From contig CAZBMV010000001.1 of NCBI GenBank assembly GCA_964493145.1, positions 169,812-233,811 on the forward strand: 64,000 bases of DNA. Reading direction: 5' to 3'. Of the stretch, positions 9,954 through 18,339 are shown piece by piece (position 1 is the first letter of the stretch; the number at the start of each line of letters is the position of its first letter). The DNA comes from an uncultured Candidatus Saccharibacteria bacterium (lineage in GTDB: Bacteria > Patescibacteriota > Minisyncoccia > Phycocordibacterales > UBA918). Below the pieces are notes generated by a model. That model was given only the letters and a program-made list of their open reading frames with translations, was not told the origin of the DNA and made no database searches. Made by a program: the position numbers and the translations under genes.

Positions 9954-10952
9954 TTAGTACCGCGGACGGCGACCATATCGTCGCGCAATGCGATAGATGA
10001 GAAATACGATACCGATGAGAAACACGAGCTCAATGAGAGCCGGTTGCCCGAGCGCGTGAGAGACAACCCAAAGTACAAACGTCCACAGGAGTGAAAGGAT
10101 GGACGCGACACTCGTGACAAATGCGCCGAGAATGCTCTGTTGCGTTTCAATCCTAGAGCGCGTTATGGTTGCGGCATCATTTCCTCCCACCGCACTCGTT
10201 GTTGCGATGCTTCCATTCGCCTTGCTGCCTATCGCCTCATTGCGCTCACGACGATACTCATCAAGCGCTGTTTTTGCATTCTCAATCTTGTCGGTCGCAT
10301 TTCCGAGAAGTGTGTCTGTCGTTCCTGCGGCAAGGTAGCGTTCAAGCCCGCGCTCCGGTTCGGTCAGAGACGTTTCAGATTTTGTTTTTACTTCAGCAGG
10401 TGCTTCCTCCACCTCTTCTTTTTCCGGTTCTACTCTCGTAGCGGTTTGCGCGACGAGAGGATTGCTCCCACGCTCCCTCTCATCTTCATCCGAGACACCG
10501 TCGTTGTCGTCGTCAGTGTCGGTCATGTTTCCCACACCGTCTCTGTCGGTATCGGTATCAATGGAGAGCGAATCGTCAATTGTTATTCCCGCGACATCAA
10601 GGGGCTGCGTTCCACCGCCGATGATATGGAGTGTCGCATCGGTTACCTGCGCGGTGATTGCATGCTCACCTTCCGTCGGTACCCAATCCACCCACGCCTC
10701 AACGAGTCGTCCCGAGAGTGCGCGTATCTCAGATGAACCGATACGCTTGCCGTTGTCGGCAAAACGAACGGTTCCGGTGAGGTCGTGCGGTGTGTTGTTG
10801 CGTACCGCTACGTATATACGCGTGGGGACACCGGTAAACACCGGTTCGGAAGAATACCAGAGGCCTTGTACGAATCCCGCATTGAGTTCACTTGAAAAAG
10901 CGAGCGCAGGGAAGAATAGTAAAAGCGCGAAAAGAAAAAAGGTCTGTCGCAT
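9954..10952 (-). CDS. secreted, C-terminally membrane-anchored protein with Asp-rich calcium-binding (thrombospondin-type-3-like) repeats
   Basis: signal peptide MRQTFFLFALLLFFPALAFS; DTDTDRDGVGNMTDTDDDNDGVSDEDE repeats; C-terminal hydrophobic anchor + RRYGRRPRY. Confidence 0.55.
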   Translation of the reverse strand: MRQTFFLFALLLFFPALAFSSELNAGFVQGLWYSSEPVFTGVPTRIYVAVRNNTPHDLTGTVRFADNGKRIGSSEIRALSGRLVEAWVDWVPTEGEHAITAQVTDATLHIIGGGTQPLDVAGITIDDSLSIDTDTDRDGVGNMTDTDDDNDGVSDEDERERGSNPLVAQTATRVEPEKEEVEEAPAEVKTKSETSLTEPERGLERYLAAGTTDTLLGNATDKIENAKTALDEYRRERNEAIGSKANGSIATTSAVGGNDAATITRSRIETQQSILGAFVTSVASILSLLWTFVLWVVSHALGQPALIELVFLIGIVFLIYRIARRYGRRPRY

Positions 10953-11021
10953 ATCTCTATTATCTCATACGGAAAAAAGAAAACACCTCGGAATATTCCG
11001 AGGTGCGTGGTATGTGTCGTG

Positions 11022-11408
11022 TTACATCATGAGCCCTCTCCCGAATGGGCTCTTTTGTATATCCAGCGCTTCTTTGGGGAGCGGCTTAATCCACCGTTCC
11101 CAGTGCTTTTTGACCGGGAGTAGCACCGCTTTGTTTTTACAGTTGACTCCGCGAGCAAATTTTTCACCGTCCTTCCACCAATATGTTTGCCCGGATGTAT
11201 CGTGGGGGCACGGTGAGTTTGCGGTGAAAAGCAAGTCCTTTCCGACCGTGATGAGCACGATTGTCTCGTGTCGTCCGACCCCCCTGATCTCAAGAATCCA
11301 CGAGTGGTCGTTTATCTGCTCCCACGGGGAGTCATTTTTATTCACCTGTGCTGTTGTAACTCCTGAAATGAAAAAGAACGTCAGAAAAACAAAAAAGCGC
11401 CAACTCAT
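11022..11408 (-). CDS. small secreted hypothetical protein
   Basis: 128 aa, N-terminal signal peptide MSWRFFVFLTFFFISGVTTA. Confidence 0.45.
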   Translation of the reverse strand: MSWRFFVFLTFFFISGVTTAQVNKNDSPWEQINDHSWILEIRGVGRHETIVLITVGKDLLFTANSPCPHDTSGQTYWWKDGEKFARGVNCKNKAVLLPVKKHWERWIKPLPKEALDIQKSPFGRGLMM

Positions 11409-11666
11409 GGCAACCCCTCCTTAAGTTATCACGGACAATGCAATCTGCATTATACCATATTTTATATAGTTTTCAAACCAAGACCTTTTGCGCGCAATAC
11501 AATTGCTTCGTGAGAATAAATATCGTATAGTATCCGCCATTAGGCCGCATCGGCCTTTTCTTTTCTTGTCTTGGCGGTTTTCCGCACGCGAAAAGGGGAG
11601 ATCAATCAAAACGTATTATTCATTTTGGTTTTATTAATAACATTCTGATTTCAGAACATATCCAAG

Positions 11667-11730
11667 ATTCTGGTCTCAGTATTTAACATTGACATTCTGG
11701 TTTCAGAATTCATTATTTAAGATTCATATT
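11667..11730 (+). promoter_or_regulatory. conserved promoter/leader element (copy 1, upstream of fusA) with TTGACA and TTCTG-N4-CAGAA palindromes; SD-less leader
   Basis: ~85% identical over ~65 nt to the sequence directly upstream of rplT (40124..40188, opposite strand), including the context of the start codon. Confidence 0.55.
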
Positions 11731-13905
11731 ATGGCCCGGGCATTTCCATTACATAAACTTCGCAACTTCGGTATCGTCGCGCACGTGGACGCAGGAAAGA
11801 CGACGACGTCTGAGCGTGTTCTCTTTTACACCGGCATGAGCCACAAAATTGGCGAGGTGCACGATGGCGCTACGGTGACCGACTGGATGGAACAGGAACG
11901 TGAACGCGGTATCACGATTACCGCCGCCGCGATCTCATGCAACTGGACACCATCCCTCATTGCCGATCGCAACAATGATGAACTCAAGTACACGTTCAAC
12001 ATTATTGATACCCCCGGACACATTGACTTCACCGCAGAGGTAAAGCGCTCAATGCGCGTGCTTGACGGCGCAGTCGTCGTCTTTGACGGCGTTGCGGGCG
12101 TAGAGCCACAATCAGAGACCAACTGGCGTTACGCAGACGAGGCGAACGTGCCACGTATCTGCTACATCAACAAGATGGACCGTACCGGTGCCGACTTTGA
12201 GCGTTCGTACGCGTCAATTCTCGCACGTCTCTCACCAAAGGCGGTTCGGTTTCAGATTCCATGGGGATCGGAAGACCAACTCAAGGGTGTGATTGACCTC
12301 CTCAAGATGAAGGCGTACACCTTTGAAGGTGAAATGGGAATGAAGGTTACCGAACATGAGATTCCCGAAGAACTCAAGGCAACTGCAGAAAAATACCACG
12401 CAGAACTCGTTGAGCGGATTGTTGAGCACGATGATGTACAGATGAATGCGTACCTTGAGGGTACGATTCCGAGTTACGAAGAACTCAAAGCAACGCTTCG
12501 CAAGGCGGTTATTGCGAACCAGATTTTCCCCGTTATGACCGGTTCATCTCTCAAGAATGTCGGAGTTCAACTTATTCTTGATGCCGTCGTCGATTACCTT
12601 CCGTCACCCGTTGACCTTCCTCCGGTGAAGGGGACAAATCCCGATACCGACGCAGAGGAGACTCGTGAAGCATCCGACGACGCACCGTTCTGTGCTCTCG
12701 CATTCAAACTTCAAACCGACCCATTCGTTGGTCAGCTCACCTTCTTCCGCGTGTACTCCGGTACGGTGAAAGCGGGAAGTTACATTTACAACGCAACGAC
12801 AGGCGAGAAGGAGCGTCTCGGTCGCATTGTGCGCCTCATGGCAGACAAGCGAACAGAGATTGAAGAGGTGTACGCAGGCGAAATTGCAGCGGGGGTGGGA
12901 CTTAAGGATGTGAAAACTTCACATACGCTCTGCGCTGAAGATAAACCAATCATTCTTGAACAGATCACCTTCCCCGAACCGGTGGTGTCAATGCGTATTG
13001 AGCCAAAGACAAAGAACGACCAGGAGAAGATGGGTATGGCAATGAAGAAGCTCTCAGATGAGGACCCAACGTTCAAGGTATCAACAGACGAAGAGACGCT
13101 CGAGACTATCATTTCAGGTATGGGTGAACTTCACCTTGAGATCATCGTTGATCGCATGAAGCGTGAGTTCGGCGTTGAGGCAAATGTTGGCAAACCACAG
13201 GTGGCGTACCGTGAGACCATTCAACGTCCTGCTGAGGCGGAGTACAAGTACATTAAGCAGTCAGGAGGTAAGGGTCAGTACGGTCACGTGAAGATTCGCA
13301 TTAAGCCGATGGAACCGCTTGAACTTGAAGAAGGAAAATCAATTCCAAAGAACATCACCCGTGAGGAACACTTTGAGTTCGTGAACAACATCAAGGGAGG
13401 TGTTATCCCGAACGAGTACATTCCTGCGGTCATGAAGGGGTGTAAGGAGGCGATGGCACGAGGATTTGTTGCCGGCTACAAAATGGAAGATATCAGTGTA
13501 GAACTCTACGACGGTACGTACCACGAAGTGGACTCATCCGAAATCGCCTTTAAGCTTGCCGCCATTCACGCGTTCAAAGAAGCAGCAAAACAGGCGGGTG
13601 CGGTGCTCCTTGAACCAATTATGAAGGTTGAGGTTACGACACCGGAGAAGTTCATGGGTGACGTGAACGGCAACATTAGTTCAAAGCGAGGACTCGTGGA
13701 GGGTATGGACGATCGTGGTATGGCGAAAGTCGTTCACGCGAAAGTTCCGCTTTCAGAAATGTTCGGGTACACGACTGCACTTCGCTCTATGACCGAAGGA
13801 CGTGCGTCCATGACGATGGAATTTGATCACTACGATGTCGTCCCACCAAACGTCGCCGCAGAAATTAAAAAAATGCGTGGCGTAAAGGAGGTTGAGGAAG
13901 AATAA
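11731..13905 (+). CDS. fusA: elongation factor G
   Basis: MARAFPLHKLRNFGIVAHVDAGKTTTSERVLFYTG.. canonical EF-G; start at MARAF (ORF track starts 42 nt earlier). Confidence 0.95.
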   Translation: MARAFPLHKLRNFGIVAHVDAGKTTTSERVLFYTGMSHKIGEVHDGATVTDWMEQERERGITITAAAISCNWTPSLIADRNNDELKYTFNIIDTPGHIDFTAEVKRSMRVLDGAVVVFDGVAGVEPQSETNWRYADEANVPRICYINKMDRTGADFERSYASILARLSPKAVRFQIPWGSEDQLKGVIDLLKMKAYTFEGEMGMKVTEHEIPEELKATAEKYHAELVERIVEHDDVQMNAYLEGTIPSYEELKATLRKAVIANQIFPVMTGSSLKNVGVQLILDAVVDYLPSPVDLPPVKGTNPDTDAEETREASDDAPFCALAFKLQTDPFVGQLTFFRVYSGTVKAGSYIYNATTGEKERLGRIVRLMADKRTEIEEVYAGEIAAGVGLKDVKTSHTLCAEDKPIILEQITFPEPVVSMRIEPKTKNDQEKMGMAMKKLSDEDPTFKVSTDEETLETIISGMGELHLEIIVDRMKREFGVEANVGKPQVAYRETIQRPAEAEYKYIKQSGGKGQYGHVKIRIKPMEPLELEEGKSIPKNITREEHFEFVNNIKGGVIPNEYIPAVMKGCKEAMARGFVAGYKMEDISVELYDGTYHEVDSSEIAFKLAAIHAFKEAAKQAGAVLLEPIMKVEVTTPEKFMGDVNGNISSKRGLVEGMDDRGMAKVVHAKVPLSEMFGYTTALRSMTEGRASMTMEFDHYDVVPPNVAAEIKKMRGVKEVEEE

Positions 13906-13931
13906 AGAAAGGTATAAGCAAAAACAAAAAA

Positions 13932-13956
13932 AGAGTGTCGCAAGACACTCTTTTTA
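13932..13956 (+). terminator. rho-independent terminator of fusA (AGAGTGTCgcaaGACACTCT + TTTTT)
   Basis: hairpin + T-run read directly. Confidence 0.65.
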
Positions 13957-14110
13957 CTAGTTCGTCCAGAATGCCCCGTACCGTTAGGGCGGGGATGAAT
14001 GGACATGAAAGTGGTAATGGCGGAGCCATTTCTCCTGCTAGCAAAAACGCCCCGGTTCCGCCCGCGTAATGCCCCGAGCGTGAGCTCGGGGGTAGCGAGG
14101 CGGACGTTTT

Positions 14111-14158
14111 TACATACTCACAAATCATTCGTTTAAACGAATGATTTGTGAGTATGTA
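14111..14158. repeat. 48-bp perfect palindrome (24-bp arms, no spacer) TACATACTCACAAATCATTCGTTTAAACGAATGATTTGTGAGTATGTA
   Basis: self-complementary; shares 14-bp core TTCGTTTAAACGAA with a second palindrome at 54608..54629. Confidence 0.8.
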
Positions 14159-14160
14159 TT

Positions 14161-14188
14161 ATAAAAAACACCCGCGCGAAGCGCGGGT
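14161..14188 (-). terminator. rho-independent terminator of 14203..14601 gene (CCCGCGCgaaGCGCGGG + T-run on minus strand)
   Basis: hairpin followed by TTTTTTAT on minus strand. Confidence 0.6.
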
Positions 14189-14202
14189 GTTCGGTGTATT
14201 AC

Positions 14203-14601
14203 CTAGTGGTGTTCCATATGGTGCTTGTGCTTGAGGAGCGTCCCCTTAATGCTGAAGACCACCTCAACGCGACTGTACTCACTGATTCTGCAAACCTCTG
14301 GCAAAAACATGACATTCTTTGTACCTTGTGGCAGGTACCTGCCGGCCATTCCTACGAGTCTTCGTTTACACAATTTTTCCAAATCGTGGATGGTGTCTCG
14401 TGTGAGACTCATACTCGGAAGATCGTCAACATTAAACGATTTGCCACTTTCAGTGCTTACTCGCAAGCGAACAGCCACTTCTGAAATATTTAGATTTACA
14501 TCATGTTGGTGTAGTGGTGACGTGGGTTCAACCCACACCTGAACGAAGTTGATGTTATCCAAGAACATGCGTCCAAGGAACGGAACAGCATTGGTATTCA
14601 T
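14203..14601 (-). CDS. hypothetical protein (132 aa, His-rich C-terminus)
   Basis: ORF with GAAAGGA SD-like upstream; no recognisable domain. Confidence 0.4.
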   Translation of the reverse strand: MNTNAVPFLGRMFLDNINFVQVWVEPTSPLHQHDVNLNISEVAVRLRVSTESGKSFNVDDLPSMSLTRDTIHDLEKLCKRRLVGMAGRYLPQGTKNVMFLPEVCRISEYSRVEVVFSIKGTLLKHKHHMEHH

Positions 14602-14697
14602 TCAAAATTTCCTTTCAAGGTTACAAATCTGCGCATACCATACCACACGGAAACATAAAGAAAAGCCCTGCGTACACGCAGGGCTTCCAAAAAGAAC

Positions 14698-15183
14698 TCA
14701 ATCGTTTGCACCGTCCTCATGTCGCTGGTGCCTCCGCCAGAGCTCACGTACCTCGGCGACGAGAATATCCGGTTTGAGCGAATGTTCCGTAATGTCGCGG
14801 ACAAGGCCATCGGGACCGAAGAGGTCTCGGTGACCGATGCAGAAGAGAACCAGAGGCGGGGTAATGCCGGTATGGGCAGGTGAAAATTCAAGTTCAAAAA
14901 CACATTTTGCATCATGGGCAGTCAGTTCCGGAAGAAATTCCGTGATGATGTTTTGCGTGTTTTCAACGATGAAATTGATAATATCGCCGATACCCTTTCC
15001 CGAGGCGTGGTACTCATCCCACGTGGTGAAGATTTTTGCCGGTGTCGCAATGAAGTGTTTGAGGGGGAGCGCGCTCCTCCTCCGCACCATTGCAACCGTT
15101 TGGCTTTCTTGCCATACACGAATCTTAAAATCTGCGTGATTCATGTGCCCCAAAGGAGCAACGTCGTTTTCTTTGGACTGCAT
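14698..15183 (-). CDS. hypothetical protein (~161 aa)
   Basis: ORF 14698..15240; internal ATG (MQSKEND) preceded by strong AGGAGGA SD chosen as start. Confidence 0.4.
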   Translation of the reverse strand: MQSKENDVAPLGHMNHADFKIRVWQESQTVAMVRRRSALPLKHFIATPAKIFTTWDEYHASGKGIGDIINFIVENTQNIITEFLPELTAHDAKCVFELEFSPAHTGITPPLVLFCIGHRDLFGPDGLVRDITEHSLKPDILVAEVRELWRRHQRHEDGAND

Positions 15184-15303
15184 ACGTCCTCCTAAAAAAG
15201 AACCACTCATGCCAACCATGAGTATGTGCACACAATACAAAATCGTGCTCTCCTCGTCAAAGAAAAAGACCCGCCGAAGCAGGTCTTTGTGTGTGACGAA
15301 CGT

Positions 15304-15771
15304 TCAGTGAACCCTCGTGATGGTGAGCTCCACGACGCGAAGCAACTTCCCGTCAGGAGTTGCGCTCCGTGGGTCTGACACGAACTTGTGTCCTCGTGAC
15401 GTATCAATATACTTCGTGATACGGAACTGAAAACAGTACCCGTTCTCCACGACCGTCGCCTTTGCGTTGAGGTCGCCCCCAACCGCACCTCCGAGAAGGG
15501 TAGCAACACGACCGAGGAGATCAAAATCGTTCGTGGTGCGTAGAAACTCACGGCGTCTGTTGCGGTCGTCAACTTCGTTTCCGCATTCTCCACGCACATC
15601 AGTGTGCACGTGGAGGATGCCGTACGAACCGCTTGCGGTTCCGAGCCCGTAGTGTACCGGCTGTGTAAAACTCTCCACCAGCACACTATGGAACATGTCC
15701 TCCATGAGCGCATGTCGTACGCAATCAAGAAAAACCTTCTTGTTTTCTTTTGCTATTTTTTCAATGCCCAC
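15304..15771 (-). CDS. hypothetical protein (155 aa), GTG start, translationally coupled to upstream ORF
   Basis: AAGGAG in the last codons of 15772..16050 ORF positioned 7 nt before GTG. Confidence 0.4.
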   Translation of the reverse strand: MGIEKIAKENKKVFLDCVRHALMEDMFHSVLVESFTQPVHYGLGTASGSYGILHVHTDVRGECGNEVDDRNRRREFLRTTNDFDLLGRVATLLGGAVGGDLNAKATVVENGYCFQFRITKYIDTSRGHKFVSDPRSATPDGKLLRVVELTITRVH

Positions 15772-16050
15772 TCAAAACTCCTTTCGTTTTAAAGACCAAT
15801 ACTTCTCGGCGGAAATTTCCACCGAAGCCGCTCTAATTAACCAGATAAGATGTTGTTTGTCAACAGGAGCATTATCTTGCAAAAAATATACCGTTCTTGT
15901 ACTATTGCGGTCACCGCACCAGAGTCTTCGTGATTTTGGTTGAGGGAGTTTTTGCTCTTTTTGACATGCAACTCCTCGGCACATAGAGGTAAGGCGGCGT
16001 TCTCGCGCCCTTTCCCCTGCGTACCACAGGAGTGCTTCTTTTATTTTCAT
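15772..16050 (-). CDS. hypothetical protein (92 aa)
   Basis: ORF only; no SD, no recognisable domain. Confidence 0.3.
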   Translation of the reverse strand: MKIKEALLWYAGERARERRLTSMCRGVACQKEQKLPQPKSRRLWCGDRNSTRTVYFLQDNAPVDKQHLIWLIRAASVEISAEKYWSLKRKEF

Positions 16051-16102
16051 ATAAAGGGAGTCGCCGTGTGCGGAATATTATTACTAGTATCATAGTACCA
16101 AG

Positions 16103-16175
16103 CACTTAGTACTTAGTTTTTCTAAAGTGAAAAACCACTAAGTACTTAGTACTAAGAACTAACTAACTAATTTTA
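16103..16175 (+). promoter_or_regulatory. cluster of palindromic heptamers ACTTAGT/ACTAAGT (TTAGTACTAA motifs) immediately upstream of tuf
   Basis: CACTTAGTACTTAGT...CACTAAGTACTTAGTACTAAG read directly, within 75 nt of tuf ATG. Confidence 0.4.
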
Positions 16176-16177
16176 TT

Positions 16178-17368
16178 ATGGCAGATTTTGATCGTTCAAA
16201 GCCGCACGTAAACGTCGGTACCATTGGTCACGTTGACCACGGAAAGACGACGCTCACCGCGGCGATTCTCAACGTACTCCATGCCAAGGGCAACGGGTAC
16301 GGTGCAACAACCAAGGGTGTCGATGAAATCGACAAGGCTCCGGAGGAGAAGGCCCGCGGTATTACCATTTCACTCTCGCACTCTGAGTACGAGACACCAA
16401 ACCGTCACTACGCACACATTGACGCGCCGGGTCACGCCGACTACATCAAGAACATGATTACGGGTGCCGCACAGATGGACGGCGCAGTACTCGTCGTTGC
16501 CGCAACGGACGGCGCGATGCCTCAGACTCGTGAACACGTGCTCCTCGCAAAGCAGGTGGGTGTGCCACGCATTATTGTATTCCTCAACAAGTGCGACATG
16601 GTTGAAGACGAGGAAATGATTATGCTCGTTGAAGAGGAACTTCGTGAGCTTCTCACGAAGAACGGCTTCGATGGCGCAAATGCACCTATCATCAAGGGTT
16701 CAGGTCTCAAGGCGCTTGAGGATCCTTCATCAGAGTGGGGTCAGAAGGTTCTTGATCTCGTAGATGCAATGGACACGTACTTCCCGCTTCCGGAACGTGA
16801 TCTTGATAAGCCATTCCTTATGCCTATTGAGGACATCTTCTCAATTGAAGGTCGTGGTACGGTAGTTACCGGTCGCGTAGAGCGCGGTATCCTTAAGGTT
16901 GGTGATGAAGTTGAGATTGTCGGTATCAAGGATACTGCAGTCACGACGGTGACCGGCGTTGAGATGTTCAACAAATCACTTGATCAAGCACAGGCGGGAG
17001 ACAACGCAGGTATTCTCCTCCGCGGTACAAAGAAGGAAGACGTTCACCGTGGACAGGTACTCGCAAAGAAGGGTTCGGTAACACCTCACACAGAGTTTGA
17101 AGCGGAGGTGTACGTTCTCTCAAAGGATGAAGGAGGTCGTCACACACCATTCTTCACCGGATACAAGCCACAGTTCTACGTTCGTACAACAGACGTAACG
17201 GGAGATGTGACGCTCGCAGAGGGTGTAGAGATGGTTATGCCGGGCGATAATGCAAAGTTCAAAGTCAAACTCGTTGCACCTGTTGCACTTGAAGAGAAAC
17301 AGAACTTCGCGATTCGTGAGGGCGGTCGTACCGTTGGTGCGGGCGTTGTTACAAAGATCATTGCGTAG
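16178..17368 (+). CDS. tuf: elongation factor Tu
   Basis: 396 aa; [26 protein letters not shown] motifs. Confidence 0.97.
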   Translation: MADFDRSKPHVNVGTIGHVDHGKTTLTAAILNVLHAKGNGYGATTKGVDEIDKAPEEKARGITISLSHSEYETPNRHYAHIDAPGHADYIKNMITGAAQMDGAVLVVAATDGAMPQTREHVLLAKQVGVPRIIVFLNKCDMVEDEEMIMLVEEELRELLTKNGFDGANAPIIKGSGLKALEDPSSEWGQKVLDLVDAMDTYFPLPERDLDKPFLMPIEDIFSIEGRGTVVTGRVERGILKVGDEVEIVGIKDTAVTTVTGVEMFNKSLDQAQAGDNAGILLRGTKKEDVHRGQVLAKKGSVTPHTEFEAEVYVLSKDEGGRHTPFFTGYKPQFYVRTTDVTGDVTLAEGVEMVMPGDNAKFKVKLVAPVALEEKQNFAIREGGRTVGAGVVTKIIA

Positions 17369-17401
17369 TCATAAGTCAATTAGTTAGAAACACGAAGCAC
17401 C

Positions 17402-17767
17402 ATGACAACAAAATCATCAGCCGAGCCAAAAAAGGCTAAGCGGGCGAGTGCCCAAGGAGACGCCCAAAAACTTCGGATTCGTGTTCGTGCGTACGAGCAC
17501 AAGATTCTTGATACGTCGGTGAAGCAGATTATTGACACCGCGATGCGTTTTGACGCAAAGGTTGTCGGTCCCATTCCGCTTCCAACCGAAATCAAGAAGT
17601 ACACTGTGAACCGCTCAACATTCGTTCATAAGGATGCGCGAGAACAGTTTGAGATGAGAATGCACAAGCGGGTCATAGACATCCTAAACCCGGGCGCAAA
17701 AGTTATTGAGGCACTCACCAATCTCTCACTCCCTTCAGGAGTCAGTATTGATGTGAAGATGGTCTAA
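17402..17767 (+). CDS. rpsJ: 30S ribosomal protein S10
   Basis: C-terminal ~100 aa typical S10 (..KLRIRVRAYEHKILD..PIPLPTEIKKYTVNRS..). Confidence 0.93.
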   Translation: MTTKSSAEPKKAKRASAQGDAQKLRIRVRAYEHKILDTSVKQIIDTAMRFDAKVVGPIPLPTEIKKYTVNRSTFVHKDAREQFEMRMHKRVIDILNPGAKVIEALTNLSLPSGVSIDVKMV

Positions 17768-17795
17768 CCGACCACGTACGTTGTCAGGTTCTACA

Positions 17796-17826
17796 AACCG
17801 CGCGCCCTACGGGCGCGCGGTTTTCG
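17796..17826 (+). terminator. hairpin (AAACCGCGCGCCCtacGGGCGCGCGGTTT) + short T-run after rpsJ
   Basis: read directly. Confidence 0.5.
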
Positions 17827-18339
17827 TATAAAAAGAAACCGCACATGTTTATGTGCGGCGGTGTTCACCATTTGTTACTTCTTCTGCATGGCGTGCGCAA
17901 TCGCGCCCTCATATTCCGGCTCTTTTTATCAAGCGGGTATGGTGTTCTTCCTCTTTTTCCATTCGCTTTCCTCATTATAGTTCCGACGTGGCGAGATGCG
18001 GGCAGTCCGGCAGACAGTACGAATGTGAGCAAGAAGGAGTGAAACAGCGGTCGTCGAGGCATATCGTTTCTCCGTGTGAACAATCCGCGCATGTTATAGC
18101 AGAGAATATGTCATTGGGAAAGGGTGGGGTTATTCAACATATTGCATTTCCAATCATTTCCTGTATACTCACGCGAGCTTTTTAAGACCTACGTACCCGT
18201 ACAAGGCCGGACCTTGTACGGAGACCAATGGGCACAAAACCGCGATTTTTACCTGCGGACCTTGTGTCTGCGTATGTGAAAATCGCGGTTTTGTTTTTAC
18301 CTCGGTCATAAAAGCATTTATTAGTTAGTTTCAAGATAA

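Noticed and set aside
10462-11424. 320-aa plus-strand Ser-rich ORF
   Set aside because: Antisense to two minus-strand secreted-protein genes that have signal peptides and sensible domain structure; low-complexity translation.
13865-14128. 87-aa minus-strand ORF after fusA
   Set aside because: Covers the fusA terminator, the GC-rich hairpin region and half of the 48-bp palindrome; no coding features.
17853-18185. 110-aa ORF in the rpsJ-rplC spacer, and RNase P or SRP RNA candidacy of the spacer
   Set aside because: ORF has no SD or homology and crosses hairpins; conserved RNase P (GGAAAGTCCGGGC, AGGGTGAAA) or SRP (GGAAGGAAGCAGC) motifs are not present.
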